From the NCBI GenBank assembly GCA_030647655.1, contig JAUSJH010000021.1:1-51901 (forward strand): a DNA stretch of 51,901 bases. Reading direction: 5' to 3'. The position numbers and the translations under genes are program-made. The notes beneath the pieces were generated by a model. The model worked only from the letters and a program-made list of their open reading frames with translations, had not been told where the DNA came from and made no database searches. Below are positions 47,433-51,901 of the stretch, piece by piece; within the stretch, counting starts at the first letter, position 1; each line of letters opens with the position of its first letter. This DNA is from a bacterium. GTDB taxonomy: Bacteria > Patescibacteriota > Minisyncoccia > Phycocordibacterales > UBA2100.

Positions 47433-49436
47433 ATGAATGCAATGCGCTCTCTCGCCACCCTTTTATTTTTGTCTTTTCTTGTACCTTTTTTCGCATCGGC
47501 CGCTCTCACCCAATCACCGGCGGGGAGCCAAGCACCTCCAGTCGTTGCGTCGAAGTGCCCCAAGGGCTATTCGACGGGGGATCCAAGTGGGACAAGGTCT
47601 TTTAGTCAGTCGCAGATATCCACTCTCCAATCGTATTTGCAACAGGCAATATACTGCGCCAACGCATGTTTTGATGTGCGCACGTCCATTTCTATTTCCA
47701 GCACGGATAGCTCTCTGTCGGTCAGGACCACAGCGACGAACAGGTGTGCCAACAAAGAAAAATTGGCGCAGGACCAGACACCGCCTCGAGGTTGTGCCAA
47801 AGGACAAACACAGCCAACCGTCATTGCGGATGTCCCCGCTATAATAAAGCTCGGATTCACTATCGAGCCTCCGCACAAGATAGGGCCAAAATCGAGATGT
47901 GATACAAGTATTTCGAGCATCGTGAACTCAATGTTCGGTCGCATCGGGAACAGCGATCTTGACGGCTTTCGGAGCGATATCGCATCACTTCAGAATCTTC
48001 CGTCAGTAACGCCGCCATCTATTAACGTAGGCCCCGTGAATGGGTCGGAACAAATAGCAAAAGAACTTGCCGCGGGGACAGGTATCGATATCTCGGCGGC
48101 GAGGAAAAAAGTGGCAGAGGACCCCATAGCGGCCATCGCTGCCATCAATGCTATCTCGACTGGAGATGATGAGCAGGCCAAACGAGCGGTAAGAGCCCTC
48201 GGACTGAATCCCGATCTTGCGGACAGGGCTGCCCTGCAAGCCGCCATCATTCAGAATAACGGATTATCGGACCCAAATGAAGACAAAACGCGGGAAACAG
48301 AATTCGGTCTTGACAGGACAGGATTTACACAAGGTTCGCAAGTGCTACCACACGACGTCTTGAATGGCGGGCAAGGTGCATGCTACGTTGTGACCAACAG
48401 CTTCGGAACTCAGCCCGCTTGTATGTTTACTCCGGATCAAGTCGATCAACTCAAGGGGAATCTTGTCCCAGTCGTTGCGTCATATTATTGTACCGGATCG
48501 AGTATTGAGCAGACTTCCTATGGTGGCATTTGCAATCCGAACGGCTTCAATATCGCAAGCAAAGAATTGCCGAACGGCACCCGCGTTCTGCTTTTCAATC
48601 CGCAATCAGGGCAAGCCATCGTTGCAACGGTGAATGATCGCGGACCTTTTGTGCGGGGGCGCGACGTCGATCTCACGCAGGGTGCAGCGCAGGCGCTCGG
48701 AGTTTCAGGTGTCAACAATCTTCATATGGTCGTCCTGGGTTCTTCCGGATCAATTGGCTCTCTTGGTCAGTACGCAAGTGTGGACGTGGCACTCAAAGCA
48801 TACCAAGACACCAACGGCGCAATCGCCGTGGGCGACGGTAATATTAGTGTCGTAGCTTCACGTGCCGTGAGTCCCTTCGCATCATTCTTGGGGGGCTCTA
48901 CCTCGGGAAGTGTAAACACATACGGAAGCCCGTTCGCCAATCTCTCTCCCGTTCCTATCGGATATCCCACGACTACTAGCGCTCCAACAGGCGGCTACAC
49001 AGCCCCTTCGCAAACCTTCCAACAAACACCGACTCAGCAACAACCCGTTTCGCAGACACTTTCGCAGACCACGCAAGGGCAGAGCACATCCGGCCAATCT
49101 TCAATGGCACAACAACTCATTGACGCTTTGCGCGGAGGGCCTGCCACCACGAGCGTAAGCGGGCCAAGTAATCCGCCGGTCGCTACCATCATCGTCCAGC
49201 CTCATACAATCTTGAGAGGGAACTCAATCACCGCCTCGTGGTCTTCGGTGGGTATGAGTAGTGCCTCACCGTGCCAAGTGTTTGTAAACAAAGTCTTTTT
49301 ACTGGGGCAGGGTAACGAAGGCTCGAAGCGGGTCGCAACGGACTCTAGCACCTCTGCGACACTTACGTTCACGCTTCGTTGCACGACACAATCGGGGCAG
49401 ATAATGGAAAGAAACGATTCTGCGACCATTCACTGA
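47433..49436 (+). CDS. Large secreted protein with RlpA-like (DPBB) domain
   Basis: Signal peptide; ASKELPNGTRV...VNDRGPFVRGRDVDLTQGAAQALG; S/T/Q-rich linker; start may be 47442. Confidence 0.8.
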   Translation: MNAMRSLATLLFLSFLVPFFASAALTQSPAGSQAPPVVASKCPKGYSTGDPSGTRSFSQSQISTLQSYLQQAIYCANACFDVRTSISISSTDSSLSVRTTATNRCANKEKLAQDQTPPRGCAKGQTQPTVIADVPAIIKLGFTIEPPHKIGPKSRCDTSISSIVNSMFGRIGNSDLDGFRSDIASLQNLPSVTPPSINVGPVNGSEQIAKELAAGTGIDISAARKKVAEDPIAAIAAINAISTGDDEQAKRAVRALGLNPDLADRAALQAAIIQNNGLSDPNEDKTRETEFGLDRTGFTQGSQVLPHDVLNGGQGACYVVTNSFGTQPACMFTPDQVDQLKGNLVPVVASYYCTGSSIEQTSYGGICNPNGFNIASKELPNGTRVLLFNPQSGQAIVATVNDRGPFVRGRDVDLTQGAAQALGVSGVNNLHMVVLGSSGSIGSLGQYASVDVALKAYQDTNGAIAVGDGNISVVASRAVSPFASFLGGSTSGSVNTYGSPFANLSPVPIGYPTTTSAPTGGYTAPSQTFQQTPTQQQPVSQTLSQTTQGQSTSGQSSMAQQLIDALRGGPATTSVSGPSNPPVATIIVQPHTILRGNSITASWSSVGMSSASPCQVFVNKVFLLGQGNEGSKRVATDSSTSATLTFTLRCTTQSGQIMERNDSATIH

Positions 49437-49439
49437 TAC

Positions 49440-49742
49440 ATGCAAAAGAGACGTTTCCAAAAGCGTGTTGAAAATTTCGTGTGTGAGCATTGTGGTACCG
49501 AAGTTAAAGGGAACGGGTATACCAATCACTGTCCGAAATGCTTGTGGAGCAAGCACGTCGATGTGAATCCGGGGGATCGCGCGGCTTCTTGCGGCGGGAT
49601 GATGAAGCCGGTAAGTCTTGAGGGCACTTCACCCAACTACCGCATCATTCACCGGTGCGAACATTGTGGCCTTACGCGCCCCAATACCGTAGATGCTAAT
49701 GATGATACGCAAGCAGTCTTGGGTCTTGCAGGAATGTCCTGA
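49440..49742 (+). CDS. RNHCP-domain protein
   Basis: FVCEHCG...YTNHCPKCLWSKHVD..PGDRA..CGGMM.P. Confidence 0.9.
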   Translation: MQKRRFQKRVENFVCEHCGTEVKGNGYTNHCPKCLWSKHVDVNPGDRAASCGGMMKPVSLEGTSPNYRIIHRCEHCGLTRPNTVDANDDTQAVLGLAGMS

Positions 49743-49759
49743 CGTGTCATCATTGGCGC

Positions 49760-50470
49760 ATGACATTTGAAGGGCGTCCGGATGGGCAGGGCGGCGGAGA
49801 TGATGGTGAAAGCGGCGGGCGCGTCGACTCTGTTTGGAATATACCAGGTATCGCGTGGGCGGCGATTCCGCACTACTATGGCGACGCGTCGCGCCAGCTT
49901 TTGCTCGGGGCGGCGGCTCTCATGCTCATCGCCTCTCCTCTCTATGGAGACAATCTTCGGATTGAATTTCCCTTTGAGGTCCTTGGTGCGTTTCTTGCCG
50001 TCGGGCTGGCGGCGCTCACGAATCCGCGCGATAGATGGGCCTCGATGGGAGATGCTGTCCTTTCCGGTGTCGGCATGGTCACCTACGCGACATGGGGTAT
50101 TTTTGAGTACGATTCGATAAGCCCGATAGCATTCGTTCTTCGGCTCGTGATAGCTCTTTTGTTCCTATTTGCTTTCTATTTCAGCATGAAGACCGTGCGC
50201 TCATTCGCGCTCAGTCAGATAGGCAGACGGGAGACGATGGATGAGTTTGACGATACTGCGGAGGCAGGTGAAGACGAACCTGTATTTGTGCAAAATACAC
50301 ACAACTCGCCACCTTTCAATTCCTTCGCGCGCTTCAAGCCGGAAAGCGAGAGAAAGCGCCCCGTTCCTGATGAGGGTGATAGTCATGAAGAGACTCGGAG
50401 AGCAAGGATTTCTGATGAAAGAAAGAGGGATGATGAAGCCGCGCAGAATATCGCGGACGGCAGGGCTTGA
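49760..50470 (+). CDS. Hypothetical membrane protein
   Basis: About 4 TM segments and a charged C-terminal tail. Confidence 0.7.
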   Translation: MTFEGRPDGQGGGDDGESGGRVDSVWNIPGIAWAAIPHYYGDASRQLLLGAAALMLIASPLYGDNLRIEFPFEVLGAFLAVGLAALTNPRDRWASMGDAVLSGVGMVTYATWGIFEYDSISPIAFVLRLVIALLFLFAFYFSMKTVRSFALSQIGRRETMDEFDDTAEAGEDEPVFVQNTHNSPPFNSFARFKPESERKRPVPDEGDSHEETRRARISDERKRDDEAAQNIADGRA

Positions 50471-50474
50471 TCGT

Positions 50475-51068
50475 ATGCCCCACAAGAAGATTCTGGTGCT
50501 TTTGGGGCACCCTGACAAAAGTGGCTTTTGCGGGGAAATAGCCGACGCTTATTGCGAGGGCGCTCGCTCGAGAGGACACGTCGTGGAGCGGATGAATATC
50601 GGCGAAATGCAGTTTGACCCCATCCTTCACAAGGGGTATCGCGAGCGGCAGGAACTCGAGCCCGACCTCAAGCGATTTCAGGAGCTCGTGATGTCCCACG
50701 ACCATTTTGTTGTTATATATCCCGTCTGGTGGGTGGGGATGCCCGCGCTCTTGAAAGGCCTCTTTGACCGCGCGTGGCTTCCGGGCTCTGCATTTCGCTA
50801 CATCAAGACACATGCAGGTAATCGCACTATTTTCTGGCACCGGCTTTTCCGCGGCAAGAGTGCGCGGACGATTCTGGCGAGCGGAACACATCCACTCATG
50901 GTCCGCTTTTTGCCGGGCAACGTGAACGCTCAATTGAGATGGGGCATTTTGTGGTTTGCCGGATTCTCTGTGCGCTCGACGTGGTTCGGGCCGTCAGAGA
51001 ATATTCCAGAGGCGCGCAAAGCGCGTTGGCTCGCGAAGGTTCGAATACTAGGCGGCAAGGGGGTATAG
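50475..51068 (+). CDS. Flavodoxin-fold NAD(P)H:quinone oxidoreductase family, copy 2
   Basis: LLGHPD, FDPILHKGY and YPVWWVGMPALLKGLFDR motifs. Confidence 0.9.
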   Translation: MPHKKILVLLGHPDKSGFCGEIADAYCEGARSRGHVVERMNIGEMQFDPILHKGYRERQELEPDLKRFQELVMSHDHFVVIYPVWWVGMPALLKGLFDRAWLPGSAFRYIKTHAGNRTIFWHRLFRGKSARTILASGTHPLMVRFLPGNVNAQLRWGILWFAGFSVRSTWFGPSENIPEARKARWLAKVRILGGKGV

Positions 51069-51071
51069 CCG

Positions 51072-51108
51072 AAAAAAGGTTCCTGACACCGTTTACCTGA
51101 CACCTTTT
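51072..51108. repeat. Short REP-like palindromic repeat pair
   Basis: AAAAGGT-TCCTGAC-ACCGTTT followed by a second CCTGACACCTTTT. Confidence 0.5.
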
Positions 51109-51208
51109 ACCCACCTCCAAATCTCTAAAATCGCTCTTAAGGAACCACTCAAAATCGTAACTGAGCGGTGCCCTGTTGCACTGGGGGTTTTGGATATACA
51201 GTGGCGGT

Positions 51209-51568
51209 ATGCAGTCACAGAACCGAGGCGCGTCAGGATTCCTTCTTTCCGCGCTGTTCATTACGACTCTGCTTGCCGTTCCAGCCTATGCCCAGGCTAC
51301 GGAGTGGCATATTCAAGACAACGCTACGGGCGGAGATTGCGCCTCGATCGGTACGTGGGACGCACCGGCAAAAACGTGTACGCTGACGCAAGATTTGAAT
51401 CAGGGAATAATCATAGATAACGACAACGTAACCCTTGATGGCAGCGGGCGCATGGTCATCGGGAGTGGCGTGGGAAGCGACGTTTTCCTATTCTTTAAGG
51501 TTAAATTAACAGGCATTGCCACAGACCGATTTTCGGCTATTTTGCTAGAAACAACCGATTATTTATGA
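51209..51568 (+). pseudogene. Truncated secreted beta-helix (NosD/pectin-lyase-like) protein N-terminus
   Basis: Signal peptide, then GGDCASIGTWD..KTCTLTQDL...IDNDNVTLDGSG, then abrupt low-GC tail from about 51480. Confidence 0.55.
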
Positions 51569-51901
51569 CAAAGCTTAACCTCAAATCAGGACTTCTCTTT
51601 GCGACCCGCCTTGCGTTGGCGGCGGTTTTTGCCGTCATATTCTTCGGCGTATTTATCACACCCGCAAACGCAACAACATCTTATCCTGTTGGCAGTAATC
51701 CAACAGGAGTTGCCTTTGACAATGTTACCAACTCTATGTGGGTGACAAATATGGGTTCACACACCATTAGCAAATTAGACATCAACACGGGAACCAGAAC
51801 CGATTATCCTGTTGGTGACAATCCCCTTGGTGTTGCCTTTGATAATGTTACTAACTCTGTATGGGTGGCAAATCAGTTATCCAGCACTGTTAGTAAAGTG
51901 A
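51565..51901 (+). CDS. Secreted YVTN/YncE-like beta-propeller repeat protein (runs off window end)
   Basis: MTKLNL...signal peptide; 41-aa (123-bp) repeat YPVG.NP.GVAFDNVTNS.WV.N at 51682 and 51805. Confidence 0.85.
   Translation, partial: MTKLNLKSGLLFATRLALAAVFAVIFFGVFITPANATTSYPVGSNPTGVAFDNVTNSMWVTNMGSHTISKLDINTGTRTDYPVGDNPLGVAFDNVTNSVWVANQLSSTVSKV

Overview
A ~52 kb chromosomal segment with standard genetic code (TGA used as stop) whose gene content and style point to a Patescibacteria/CPR (Parcubacteria-like) genome. This assignment is inferred from short holB/atpC/atpH, two mreB copies, class I aldolase plus glpX and many apparently leaderless genes. It is mostly housekeeping: csp, hpf, fmt/def, frr, proS, mreBCD-mrdA, greA, prs, guaA, mraZ-rsmH-ftsL-ftsI, class II RNR, ahcY, a complete F1Fo operon and 7 intact tRNAs. 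The most unusual signal is non-coding. (1) A 141-bp unit sits at the 3' end of two different tRNAs, with identical geometry, a conserved covarying 56-nt core and flanks matched to each tRNA. (2) An intact tRNA-Pro(CGG) is nested in the anticodon loop of an interrupted tRNA-Pro(TGG)-like gene. (3) Two hairpin-rich putative ncRNAs flank a small orphan ORF. (4) A MITE-like inverted-repeat family sits at -10 boxes. (5) An HUH (RAYT/Y1) transposase is bracketed by 28-bp palindromic inverted repeats, and small palindromes are inserted in frame in core genes. All calls come from reading the sequence by eye; no database search was run.
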